Shown in pieces: positions 1 through 8,979 of a stretch of 64,000 nt of DNA (positions are counted from its first letter, which is position 1; each line of letters begins with the position of its first letter). The notes under the pieces are model-generated. The model saw only the letters and a list, made by a program, of their open reading frames with translations. It made no database searches and was not told where the DNA came from. Source of the stretch: an uncultured Gemmatimonadales bacterium (GTDB lineage: Bacteria; Gemmatimonadota; Gemmatimonadetes; Gemmatimonadales; GWC2-71-9); the NCBI GenBank assembly GCA_963695555.1, contig CAVOGR010000001.1, positions 736,001 to 800,000 on the forward strand, in the 5' to 3' direction. The translations under genes were made by a program, and so were the position numbers.

Positions 1-569
1 CCTGGACGATCTCCCTCCTCATGGTTGGGTACGGTCTCGGCACGCTGCCGTTCGGTCTGCCGGTCCTGCCGCCGGAGCCGATGGCGCGCTACGCCAAGGC
101 CACCGGGATCACTGCAGGCGTCACAACCAACAGAGGTGAGATCCTTCCGTTGCCTCAGGACTACGCCGACATGCTCGGCTGGAAGGAGCAGGCAGAGGCA
201 GTGGCTCAGGTGTTCCAGGCCCTGACACCGGACGAGCAAGCGGACGCCGTCCTCTATGGGGGGAATTACGGTGAAGCGGGTGCACTCGATCTTTACGGCC
301 GCCGGCTCAAACTCCCGCCGGTCATCAGTCTGGCCGGAAGCTTCTTCAACTTCGGCCCAGGAACTCGGACGGGTAGGGTGCTCATTGTTCTAGGGGTGGA
401 ACCGGCTGAAATCGAGTTTATCTCCTGCCAATCGCTCGAAGTCGCGACGCGGGTGCGTAACCCGTGGGGCGTGCCTGAGGAGCAGGATGTGCCGGTGCTG
501 GTCTGCCGCGGGCCCAGCCTGACGCCCCAGGAGTTGTGGCAACGCGTGGGGGAGGCGCAGTGGGGGTGA
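1..569 (+). CDS. C-terminal part of an ArnT/GT39-like membrane glycosyltransferase (partial, runs off window start)
   Basis: Motifs YADMLGW, GNYGEAGALDLYG and a C-terminal V.VCRGP...LW resemble the C-terminal domain of GT39-like proteins. Confidence 0.6.
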   Translation, partial: WTISLLMVGYGLGTLPFGLPVLPPEPMARYAKATGITAGVTTNRGEILPLPQDYADMLGWKEQAEAVAQVFQALTPDEQADAVLYGGNYGEAGALDLYGRRLKLPPVISLAGSFFNFGPGTRTGRVLIVLGVEPAEIEFISCQSLEVATRVRNPWGVPEEQDVPVLVCRGPSLTPQELWQRVGEAQWG

Positions 570-573
570 GCGA

Positions 574-630
574 GGGAGTGGGGAGTGGGGAGTAGGGAGT
601 CGGGCAAGTAAAGAGTAAGGAGTAAGGAGA
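574..630 (+). repeat. Heptamer tandem repeat (GGGAGTG/GGGAGTA/AGGAGTA)
   Basis: gggagtg gggagtg gggagta gggagtc ... aggagta directly after the stop at 569. Confidence 0.85.
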
Positions 631-694
631 GACCGATAGCTGATAGCGCGGGGTGGGATGGGTAGGGAAGCCAGCCAACAGCTGGCGGCTACCC

Positions 695-1588
695 CTACCG
701 CATCAGCGCCACTCGCCAACTCACCCCCAGCGTGAAATCGGGAGCCGACTCGGTCAGTCCGACACTTGCGTGGAGGCCGACTGTCCCGACGCCACTGACC
801 CGCGTAATGGTGGCTCCCGCATATGCCGGAGCCGCGAATTCGGAGATCGCGGACGTGGACCCGGACACGGAGAGCAGGCCCCCCCATCCACTCGGCGAGA
901 GGTACGCGAAGCTGACCGATCCCATCAGGGGGTCGTTCAGCTCGAGGTTGGGAAGGTCGCCCAAGTGCCAGTAGCCGAGATTGACGCCGAGTGAGCTGGT
1001 ATAGCCCAGGCGGTAGGACAGTGACGCGGTGCCGCCGTAGTCCCACTCGCCGGTCCCGAAGCTGGTCGTGTCGGTGAGGGGGAGCTTGACCCCGGCACCG
1101 AATGTGAGACCTACCGGCGATGCGCCGGTCAGTGCGATGCTCATGCTGACGAGCGGATCGCCCGCGGCGAATTCGTACCCGGTCATGGCCGAGCTCGGTA
1201 CATCGACGGGCCCTGCCGCGAGGAGCATCGCAGGTGCTGCCACGTCTTGCCCCATGCCGCTCTGTCTCTTGCCCCCACGTGCCGCCACCGAATCCGCGAC
1301 GATGCCGCTGGAGGACCCCCCAGTGGGCACCGGGCCGCTACCCGTTCCCGCGACCAACGTGGTGTTCTGGGAATAGAGCGGGACCGTCGCGCGAAAGGTG
1401 AATGGCCCCGCGCCGAGCGCGAGGCCATTCGTGAACGTCCAACTGGTGGTCCGTTCGGTGAAGATGTAGTTGCCGCTGGAGACCGACACCCCGCCCTCGT
1501 AGTGGACCGTCTGGGCCTGGGTAATCTGCCACACCCCGGCCGACAGAACCGCGAGCGCCAGCGCCGATCCCCATGCGCTGATCCTCAT
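695..1588 (-). CDS. Secreted, probable outer-membrane beta-barrel protein
   Basis: N-terminal signal peptide, alternating beta-strand pattern, LPLTD...FGTGEWD motif, ends in TLGVSWRVALMR. Confidence 0.6.
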   Translation of the reverse strand: MRISAWGSALALAVLSAGVWQITQAQTVHYEGGVSVSSGNYIFTERTTSWTFTNGLALGAGPFTFRATVPLYSQNTTLVAGTGSGPVPTGGSSSGIVADSVAARGGKRQSGMGQDVAAPAMLLAAGPVDVPSSAMTGYEFAAGDPLVSMSIALTGASPVGLTFGAGVKLPLTDTTSFGTGEWDYGGTASLSYRLGYTSSLGVNLGYWHLGDLPNLELNDPLMGSVSFAYLSPSGWGGLLSVSGSTSAISEFAAPAYAGATITRVSGVGTVGLHASVGLTESAPDFTLGVSWRVALMR

Positions 1589-2037
1589 GACACCGCCATG
1601 GCCTTCAGGGCCTTGTGGGCCTCTTCCATTTCCCGCGCCATGTTCCGGATCCGCTCCTGGAGCTGTTCCATCTCACCGAGCCGGTTCTTGTCGCCCGCCA
1701 ACGCGGGATCCTTGTGCAGCTGCTCCATGTTTCGGAGCATCGAGCGGATCTGATTCCCTGCCTGCTCCATCTGCTGTCCCATGTCCTGGAATTCCTGCCT
1801 CACGCGCTGCTGGGTCATCAGCTGGTTGGTCTGCCGGACCTGCGTCATGAGCCGCTCCATCTGCTGCTGCATCTCGCCCAGGCGTTGCTGCTGCTGGAGC
1901 TGTTGCTGTTGCTGCAACTGTTGCTGCTGCTGCAACTGTTGCTGCTGCTTCTGTTGTTGCTGCTGGCCCTGCTGGGCCGCGGCAATCGTCGGGGCGCCAA
2001 GGAGAAGCGCCGTCGCGATCAAGGTCATGGTTCTCAT
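1585..2037 (-). CDS. Secreted Gln-rich helical/coiled-coil protein
   Basis: Signal peptide ending AAA-Q, poly-Q tract, Met/Gln-rich helices; GAGGA RBS; overlaps the next gene by 4 bp. Confidence 0.75.
   Translation of the reverse strand: MRTMTLIATALLLGAPTIAAAQQGQQQQQKQQQQLQQQQQLQQQQQLQQQQRLGEMQQQMERLMTQVRQTNQLMTQQRVRQEFQDMGQQMEQAGNQIRSMLRNMEQLHKDPALAGDKNRLGEMEQLQERIRNMAREMEEAHKALKAMAVS
1880..1975 (-). repeat. CAG/CAA codon repeat encoding poly-Gln (QQQQQL)n
   Basis: (ctg/ttg)n on the + strand. Confidence 0.85.
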
Positions 2038-2116
2038 GGTTTATCCTCGCATCTTCATAGAGTTTTCATCGAGAGCATACCGACCTCTCGTTATACAGAC
2101 ACAGGACAGGCGGAGT

Positions 2117-2153
2117 AGGTAACGGAGGAAAGGCCCCTGGAGGACCGTTACCT
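2117..2153. promoter_or_regulatory. 9-bp inverted repeat between divergent operons (candidate operator or bidirectional promoter)
   Basis: AGGTAACGG-N19-CCGTTACCT. Confidence 0.4.
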
Positions 2154-2191
2154 TCTCGGCCTGGCGAGAGTCTCTTATGAGGGACGGGTGC

Positions 2192-2719
2192 ATGGGCGAT
2201 GCGGAGCTGGTCCGCCGGGTTCTCGCGGGGGAGGCAGAGGTCTTCGGGATTCTGGTGGAGCGTTATCGCGCACAATTTGGGCGGTACGCCACGGCCCTGC
2301 TGGGAGGGGATACCGACGAGGCGGCCGACGCCCTGCAGGAGGCCTTCATCAAGGCCTATGACTCGTTGGCCTCCTGCCGGCAGCCGGACAAATTCAAGGC
2401 CTGGGTGTTTCGCATCGTGACCAACCAGTGCCACAACGCCCGCCGCCGCCGCCGGCTGCACGTGCCGCTCGAGACGATCTCGAATCCGGCGAGCGAGGCG
2501 GCCGACGAGAAGCTGAGTAGGGGAGAGATCAAGACGGCGATCGGAGCCGCACTCGAAGGACTCACCGAGGAGCAGCGCATCGCCTTTGTGATGAAGCACA
2601 TCGAAGGACGTTCGTACGCCGAGATGGCGGAGTTGCTCAATGTGGGACAGGATGCGCTCAAGATGCGGGTGCACCGCGCGCGTGATGAGATGAAGCGACG
2701 GCTGGAGGGCGTGGTATGA
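2192..2719 (+). CDS. ECF RNA polymerase sigma factor
   Basis: Region 2 (AADALQEAFIKAY...FKAWVFRIVTN) and region 4 (SYAEMAELLNV...LKMRVHRAR); alternative start at 2177. Confidence 0.93.
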   Translation: MGDAELVRRVLAGEAEVFGILVERYRAQFGRYATALLGGDTDEAADALQEAFIKAYDSLASCRQPDKFKAWVFRIVTNQCHNARRRRRLHVPLETISNPASEAADEKLSRGEIKTAIGAALEGLTEEQRIAFVMKHIEGRSYAEMAELLNVGQDALKMRVHRARDEMKRRLEGVV

Positions 2720-3357
2720 CGGGCAGGGATCGATTCCATCCTGATGTTCAGCGCTACCTCGACGGCGAGCACGTCGAGGGGCTGGCGCAGCCCGACATCG
2801 AGGACGCCGATCGGTTCGCGAAGGCGTTGTTCGAGTACGGGGCCGGTGTCGAGGCCCCGGATGCCCGTGTCGATGCCGCCGTCATGGAGGTAGTCCGAGC
2901 TCGGGCGTTGTCCCACGAGGAGAAATCGTTCTGGCAGTGGCTGGTCCAGCCCAATCAGATCCGCATCCGGCCGGCACTCTTGGCCGCGGCGTCGATTGCC
3001 CTCGTGGCCTTGGGTGCCGCCATGGTGTTCCTCCTGCCGCGTACCGGCCCTCCTGCTGCCGATGCAGCGCCGACCGTACTGGTGCGGTTCGAACTCCGCG
3101 CGCCCGAAGCCTCGAGGGTGACCCTCACTGGATCATTCAACGCGTGGAGTTCCGATCGCATCGAGCTTCGGCAAAACACTGCCACCGGGGTGTGGAGCGG
3201 GACCATCCCACTCAGACCGGGTCGGCACGAATACTCGTTCGTTATCGACGGTGAGCACTGGCTCCCGGATCCGATGGCCCACGCGCAAGTGGACGATGGC
3301 TTCGGGCAAGTCAACAGCGTCATCGTCGTAGGATCGAGAGGAGTGGTGCGCTCATGA
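2716..3357 (+). CDS. Putative anti-sigma factor: one TM helix plus C-terminal CBM48/AMPK-beta-like glycogen-binding domain
   Basis: Overlaps the sigma stop; TM helix; VTLTGSFNAW...W...L.PGRHEYSFVIDGEHWLPDP. Confidence 0.8.
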   Translation: MTGRDRFHPDVQRYLDGEHVEGLAQPDIEDADRFAKALFEYGAGVEAPDARVDAAVMEVVRARALSHEEKSFWQWLVQPNQIRIRPALLAAASIALVALGAAMVFLLPRTGPPAADAAPTVLVRFELRAPEASRVTLTGSFNAWSSDRIELRQNTATGVWSGTIPLRPGRHEYSFVIDGEHWLPDPMAHAQVDDGFGQVNSVIVVGSRGVVRS

Positions 3358-4094
3358 AGCGGATGACCTGGATTGTCGCCATCCTCGGTCTGGGGGCTCT
3401 GCTCGCTGCGGCCGCAGCACCGGCAGCCGCCCAAGAGCCTGGTATTGGCGAGCAGCTCGTCGCGCGCGGTGCCCCCACCGAGTTTGCCAATCAGGTCGCT
3501 CAGATTGTGGCATCTGCCCAGGCCGACGCCCTGCCGACTGCAGGGCTCGAGTCAAAGGCCCTCGAAGGCTGGGCGAAACGCGGCCGTGTCTCTCAGGAGC
3601 AAGTACTCGCCGCGTTGCAGCAGCTCGTGGGGCGGCTCGAGCAGGGACGGAACGTGGTGCGAGACGCTGGACTCGATGCCTCCGCTCCGGTGATTACCGG
3701 GGCAGCCGAGGCCCTGGGCCGGGGCCTGACCAGAGAGCAGATTCGCGAAGTCGTCCGGTCGGCGCCCAATCCGGCTGCCGCGGGAACGGGACTCACCGTC
3801 GCCGCGTCGCTCGCGGCACAGGGGCTCCTTGCCGCGGCGGCGGTGCGGGCGGTGAGCGATGCCTATCGGACCGGCCACGGGCCGGAAGACGTCCTCGAGT
3901 TTCCCTCTACCGTGGCCGATGCCACGGCGCGCGGGGAACGCATGGCGGACATCGGGCAGCGCATCATGCAGGGTGGCATGCTTGCTCCGCCTGGCGGAGG
4001 CGCCGGTGGTGCCGGGACCAGCGGGCAAGGGGGCCGCCCACCTGGCATGCCTGGCTCCAAGCAAGGGACTAAGACGCAAGCCAGCAAGCCGTGA
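3354..4094 (+). CDS. Secreted Ala-rich helical hypothetical protein with a Gly/Pro-rich tail
   Basis: Signal peptide; translationally coupled (ATGA overlap). Confidence 0.7.
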   Translation: MKRMTWIVAILGLGALLAAAAAPAAAQEPGIGEQLVARGAPTEFANQVAQIVASAQADALPTAGLESKALEGWAKRGRVSQEQVLAALQQLVGRLEQGRNVVRDAGLDASAPVITGAAEALGRGLTREQIREVVRSAPNPAAAGTGLTVAASLAAQGLLAAAAVRAVSDAYRTGHGPEDVLEFPSTVADATARGERMADIGQRIMQGGMLAPPGGGAGGAGTSGQGGRPPGMPGSKQGTKTQASKP

Positions 4095-5194
4095 ACCGCG
4101 GCATTCTCATCATTCTCATGATCGGGGGAGTGGCCGGCCTGAGGCCGCCCTCCCTCGACGGCCAAGATCTCACCGTCGAAGCAGGTGGCCTTCATGCACG
4201 GTACGCCGATTCCGTGTCGGGCACGGCGGGCCACGTGGGGATGCGGCTCGACCTGGCTTCGCGGCGAGCCTCGGCGGTGCTCGATGCGGGGCTTTCCCAT
4301 TTCACCTCGGGAGAGACCGTGTCTCAAATCGTGGGTCGCGGCTCGGTCTTCGTGACATCGAGTCGGCGCTTCGCCGCCGGACTTTACTGGGGAGGTGAAT
4401 GGGACCAGCTGGGGAGTGACACCTGGGTCGGGACTGCATCGGTCGGTCCGCTGGTCGGGTTTGGCAGCGGTGCATTCACTGCCGCCGTCGTCGGCACGGC
4501 AGGCGGGCTGCGACGCCTCGACGGAGCATCACTACCGATCGGATCGGTCGGCCTCACGATAGAAGCGCGAGTGACCGATGCGGTCTCCCTCCAAGCCGCC
4601 GGCAACGCCACCATGAGCGATACGGCAGATTACGCCGACTTCACGGCGACGCTCCAGGCACGCCATCGAGGTCTGTCTCTCTTTCTCGTCGGCGGCGCTC
4701 GCGCGGGCGATCTATCGGACGACCCCTGGGGACAAGTCCGCATGCACTACGTCTTCGCACCATGGGTCGCAGTCGACGGCGCAGTGGGTCGGTATCCGCG
4801 GGACCTGATGGGATTTACCGACGGCGTCTTTGGGACCTTGGGCATCCGTTTGTCGCTGCTGGGCAGTGTCCGGGCTCCCGGTGTGACGAGGTCCACCACG
4901 CCTCCACGCCCTCCACTCCGCGTCGAAGCCCTGCCGGACGGCCAGCGTCGCATCACCGTCCGATATGCGAATGCCGTCCGGCAGCGGCTGGAGATCGCGG
5001 GCAACTGGAATGGCTGGATCCCGGTGCCACTCGAACGGGTTGGCCGGAACACGTGGTCCGTCGATCTTCAACTTGCTCCGGGACTCCATCAGTACCAGCT
5101 CATCGTCGACGGCGATACCTGGACCATTCCCGCCGGGGCGCCCTGGGTCCCGGACGAATTCGGCGGACGGGTGGGATTGATGGTGGTGAAGTAG
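4091..5194 (+). CDS. Secreted beta-rich (barrel-like) protein with a C-terminal CBM48-like glycogen-binding domain
   Basis: Signal peptide, beta-strand pattern, EIAGNWNGW...W...LAPGLHQYQLIVDG.TW...DEFGG. Confidence 0.75.
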   Translation: MNRGILIILMIGGVAGLRPPSLDGQDLTVEAGGLHARYADSVSGTAGHVGMRLDLASRRASAVLDAGLSHFTSGETVSQIVGRGSVFVTSSRRFAAGLYWGGEWDQLGSDTWVGTASVGPLVGFGSGAFTAAVVGTAGGLRRLDGASLPIGSVGLTIEARVTDAVSLQAAGNATMSDTADYADFTATLQARHRGLSLFLVGGARAGDLSDDPWGQVRMHYVFAPWVAVDGAVGRYPRDLMGFTDGVFGTLGIRLSLLGSVRAPGVTRSTTPPRPPLRVEALPDGQRRITVRYANAVRQRLEIAGNWNGWIPVPLERVGRNTWSVDLQLAPGLHQYQLIVDGDTWTIPAGAPWVPDEFGGRVGLMVVK

Positions 5195-5199
5195 GGGGT

Positions 5200-5703
5200 A
5201 TGGATCTCCGGCACCGCCTGGCACTCGGCCCCTTTCCGGAATCCGACGGCTGGGCTTGGCTGTACCGTGCCTTCGGCCGATTAGCGCCCGCCGGCGGGCG
5301 CCTGCGGCGAGCGGCTTGCAGCTTCTTCTGGCCGAATGCCCTGGAACGCTGGCACGGGGGCAGGCTCTACCGACTCCTCGGTGTGGGCCTCTTCGGGAGC
5401 CTGATTCCCACCGGCGGAATCCGGGTCCGGCGGCTCACCCGAAGCCGCATGGCTCCGTATACGTTATCGGGCACGTCAGTCGGGGCTGCCCGCGCGTTCT
5501 ACTACAAGACCTGTGTGTTCGAATCTCTCCATATGCCGTTCTTCGTGGCACTCGTCGGGCTGGCGCTCCATCGCGCGTCGATCGGCCGCGTGGATCTGGC
5601 GCTCGAGAACACCGTTGTGAATCTTCTGTTCAACATCTACCCCATCATGCATCACCGGCGTACCAGGCTGCGGATCGTGCAGTTACTGGACCGTCGGGGC
5701 TGA
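5200..5703 (+). CDS. CrtO-like (glycosyl-4,4'-diaponeurosporenoate acyltransferase family) membrane protein
   Basis: LYRLLGV, FESLH and NLLFNIYPIMHHRRTRLRI motifs; ATG at 5200. Confidence 0.6.
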   Translation: MDLRHRLALGPFPESDGWAWLYRAFGRLAPAGGRLRRAACSFFWPNALERWHGGRLYRLLGVGLFGSLIPTGGIRVRRLTRSRMAPYTLSGTSVGAARAFYYKTCVFESLHMPFFVALVGLALHRASIGRVDLALENTVVNLLFNIYPIMHHRRTRLRIVQLLDRRG

Positions 5704-5735
5704 CGCACACCGCTTGGCTACCACTGGCCGGCCCT

Positions 5736-6335
5736 TCAACAACCCCGCGTACTATCCCCCGGCTGCCGTACCCAGGTGTAGACGCGCCGCGCCTCCCACT
5801 CGCCTTCCACCCAGTCGAAGCTCTCGGTCTTCAACGTATCGGCGCTGACCTTGGTGGTCAGGTGTTTGATCCGGAACAGCTCCTGGCCCGTGCTATCCGT
5901 CGCGAAGAACCGTTGCTCGGCTACGTCCGGCTGGCCTTCGACGCCAAGTTCCTCGTACCCCATGCCGGTAACCCCATTACCGCCGGTTTGATACATCATC
6001 ACCTTCTGGACGATGGGATCCCACCCACTGAAGAAGTTCCAATACGTGCCGACCCGCTTGCCATTGTGCTCACCCCACAAACACCCGGTCATGGATACTC
6101 CGCCGAGCGCTCGCTGATAGGTAGTGCCGTAATGGCTCGGCTCTTGATTCGCGACCGTGCGGTAGGCGGCGTTCGACGTGAGCCAGACACCGCCGTCACG
6201 GGTCCAGTACTCGAAGTGGGCCCGCACGTCCTGGCTCGGGTCGAGTGATCGGCGGGTTCCCGGCAACGCGGCCGCGAGGGCCAATGAAAGACCAGCAATG
6301 GGAGCAATTGCAAAGTACCATCGAACGGGTGTCAT
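5736..6335 (-). CDS. Secreted hypothetical protein (beta-rich)
   Basis: Signal peptide from MTPVRWY; GGGAG RBS; ends in YTWVRQ. Confidence 0.6.
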   Translation of the reverse strand: MTPVRWYFAIAPIAGLSLALAAALPGTRRSLDPSQDVRAHFEYWTRDGGVWLTSNAAYRTVANQEPSHYGTTYQRALGGVSMTGCLWGEHNGKRVGTYWNFFSGWDPIVQKVMMYQTGGNGVTGMGYEELGVEGQPDVAEQRFFATDSTGQELFRIKHLTTKVSADTLKTESFDWVEGEWEARRVYTWVRQPGDSTRGC

Positions 6336-6597
6336 GCTGTCTCCCAGGGAGTTGGGGGGTGTCGGGTTATTCGTTCTAGAGACGTAATGGCGCGCCCATC
6401 TTTGCACGCCATGCACGATGGCTGGTGAGACCCGGCTGCCGCAAGGGCGTGAGCCTCCACTGGATCCCAATCCGGGTTCCTTCGCATCGACGCCTGGTCC
6501 GCCCGCGGCCAGCCGCTGGGTGGTGGGAACCCTTTCCGGGCGGTAGGTTATCGGCTCCCAGGCAGCCAGTCTTCTCCCCCTGCATGTGGAGGTCAGC

Positions 6598-7167
6598 ATG
6601 GCAACCATCGTTCCGGTGCTTTCCTTGTGGCTCCCGATCCTGCTCGCGGCGGTCCTGGTCTTCATCGTCAGTTCTCTCTTCCACACCGTCCTGCCGTTTC
6701 ACGACAAGGACTTCGACAAGGTGCCGGCCGAAGACGAGGTCATGGACGCGATCCGAAAGGCCAACGTGCCGCCGGGCGACTACGTGCTGCCGTGTCCGGC
6801 ATCGAAGCAAGAACGGAAGGCCCCGGAGTTCATCGACAAGATGAAGCGCGGGCCCATCGCCTTTCTCACCGTGTACCCGAGCGGGCCGCCGTCGATGGGA
6901 TCGAGCCTGGTAGCCTGGTTTGTCTATTGTATCGTCATAGGGGTCTTCGCCGCGTACATCGCCGGCCGGGCTCTCGGGCCGGGGGCGCATTACCTGGCCG
7001 TCTTCCGCTTCGTGGGCGTGTCGGCCTTCCTGGGTTACGCACTCGCACTCTGGCAGAACACCATCTGGTTCAAGCGGAAGACGAGCACCACGCTCAAGTC
7101 GACCATCGATGGTTTGGTGTACGCGCTTCTGACTGCCGGGATGTTCGGCTGGCTCTGGCCGAGCTAG
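6598..7167 (+). CDS. Multi-pass membrane hypothetical protein
   Basis: GGAGG RBS; about 4 TM helices; ends in GMFGWLWPS. Confidence 0.75.
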   Translation: MATIVPVLSLWLPILLAAVLVFIVSSLFHTVLPFHDKDFDKVPAEDEVMDAIRKANVPPGDYVLPCPASKQERKAPEFIDKMKRGPIAFLTVYPSGPPSMGSSLVAWFVYCIVIGVFAAYIAGRALGPGAHYLAVFRFVGVSAFLGYALALWQNTIWFKRKTSTTLKSTIDGLVYALLTAGMFGWLWPS

Positions 7168-7209
7168 TTTACCGACTGATAGCCGATAGCCGATAGTCGT
7201 CAGCCGGTT

Positions 7210-7617
7210 GTGCCTAGCGTGTATATCCGTTCCACCGTGGTCTGGCTCCTGTTCGGGGTGGTCGCCTTCAGCGTGGGCGGCCTCCGACAGGCCGTGTTGG
7301 CACCGGCTCTCGGCGACCATGCGGCCCACCAGGTGGGGAGCCTGATTGCCGCCGGTGTCATAGGAGGCATTGCCGTCTGGTTCATCCGTCGGCTGCGCCC
7401 CACGATCACCGAAGCGCTAACCATCGGTGCCCTGTGGGTGGCCATGACCGTCGCGTTCGAGATCGGGTACTTCCGCTTCGGTCAGGGGGAGCCATGGCAA
7501 CGACTCCTTCAGGATTACAGTGTGTTCCAGGGGCGGCTCTGGATCCTGGTCCTGGTCGTCCAGCTGGTCACGCCGTATCTGGTGGTGCGACGCCAAGGGT
7601 TAGGAGCTGCCAGCTGA
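7210..7617 (+). CDS. Small 4-TM membrane protein
   Basis: Hydrophobic helices; W...T.AFE...G...W..LL.DY...GRLW pattern. Confidence 0.7.
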   Translation: MPSVYIRSTVVWLLFGVVAFSVGGLRQAVLAPALGDHAAHQVGSLIAAGVIGGIAVWFIRRLRPTITEALTIGALWVAMTVAFEIGYFRFGQGEPWQRLLQDYSVFQGRLWILVLVVQLVTPYLVVRRQGLGAAS

Positions 7618-7644
7618 AGGCAGGACCCGGATATGGAGGTTTGG

Positions 7645-8065
7645 ATGACCCAAGCTCGAGCACGCGAACATGGCCGTGCGCGACATCGACGGGATGATCC
7701 GGTTCCTGCAGACCGCCTGTCCGGATTTCCGAATCCGCGGCGGGAGCGACAACCCGAAGGACCGGTGGGTCCACGTCGGGAACGACGACGCCTACGTCGC
7801 GCTCAACCAGGCCAAGAGAGGGAAGGGCTGGGAGCCCTATACCGGGAAGGCCGGCGTGAACCACCTGGGCTTCGAGGTGGACGATGCCCGGGCGCTTCGC
7901 GCGCGGCTGCTAGCGGCCGGCTACCGTGAGTCGACCGTGGCCAACGCCCATCCGCATCGGATTCGGGTGTATTTCTACGACCCTGAGGGCAACGACTGGG
8001 AGTTCGTGCAGTACCTGTCGGACGACCCAGCCCAACGGAACGACTATGAGCTGCCGGATCGGTAA
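7645..8065 (+). CDS. VOC/glyoxalase family protein (apparent +1 frameshift just after the start)
   Basis: GVNHLGFEV and YFYDPEGNDWEFV motifs; removing one C at about 7649-7651 gives MTKLEHANMAVRD after a GGAGGT RBS. Confidence 0.85.
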
Positions 8066-8089
8066 CACCGCGTTCTCAATCGACCCACG

Positions 8090-8866
8090 GTGACGGAGCG
8101 GCTCGAGCACGACGTCGCCGAGGCCCTCGAAACGACGCCCGAGCTGTTGCCCTTGATTCCCGAGCTGCTGGCCGATCTGTGGACCTTGGGTGCGTCCCTC
8201 GATAGCATCGTAGCATTGCTTGGTCCGCTCGGCCTTCCACAATCGACCCGGGTCCTGGACGCGGGGTCCGGCAAGGGAGCCGTTGCCATCACCCTGGCCC
8301 GCCAATTCGGCTTTCGGGTACTCGGCATCGACGGCTTCCAGCCCTTCATTGATGAGGCGAGAAGCCAGGCGGAGGCCTACGGCGTCTCGGATCGGTGTCG
8401 GTTCGAGCTTGGTGACTTGCGCGAGGACCTGACACGACATCGGGATTTCGATATCGTGATCTACGCGGCACTCGGCTCCATCCTCGGCACCGTGGATCAG
8501 TTCGTAGGGCTTCTGCGCCGGTCGGTTCGCCCGGGGGGCTATCTGGTCATCGACGACGGCTTCCTGGCCGGAGGGGAACGGATTCGCGATCCGGGCCATG
8601 AGAGCTACGTGCCCCACGACGAGACTCTCAGGTTGCTGACCGCGCACGGAGACGAGATCATGCGCGAGGTGATCGTGCCGGTTGACGACATTCGGGAAGT
8701 GAACCGGAGGCAGACGGCACTTATCAGGAAGAGAGCCGAGGGCCTCGCGAGGCGCTATCCGGATGCGGCCGACTCCCTTGCCCAGTATGTGGAGCGGCAG
8801 GAACGGGAGTGTGCGGTGCTGGAAACGGACGTGGTGGGCGCCGTCTGGTTGTTGCGGCGACGCTGA
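8090..8866 (+). CDS. Class I SAM-dependent methyltransferase
   Basis: VLDAGSGKG motif I; VRPGGYLVIDD. Confidence 0.9.
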   Translation: MTERLEHDVAEALETTPELLPLIPELLADLWTLGASLDSIVALLGPLGLPQSTRVLDAGSGKGAVAITLARQFGFRVLGIDGFQPFIDEARSQAEAYGVSDRCRFELGDLREDLTRHRDFDIVIYAALGSILGTVDQFVGLLRRSVRPGGYLVIDDGFLAGGERIRDPGHESYVPHDETLRLLTAHGDEIMREVIVPVDDIREVNRRQTALIRKRAEGLARRYPDAADSLAQYVERQERECAVLETDVVGAVWLLRRR

Positions 8867-8979
8867 GAGAGCACAGCCTCACGCGAGCCAAGCGTTGAAG
8901 TGCCCAGGCCAGTCGGCGATGTTACTTGTATGTGGCACTCGTCGCTTTGAGTGGCTCGACTCATAGAACGCGTGATACC

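Noticed and set aside
1615..2122. Poly-Leu and poly-Cys ORFs on the + strand
   Set aside because: They are shadows of the minus-strand poly-Gln gene, which has an RBS, a signal peptide and operon coupling.
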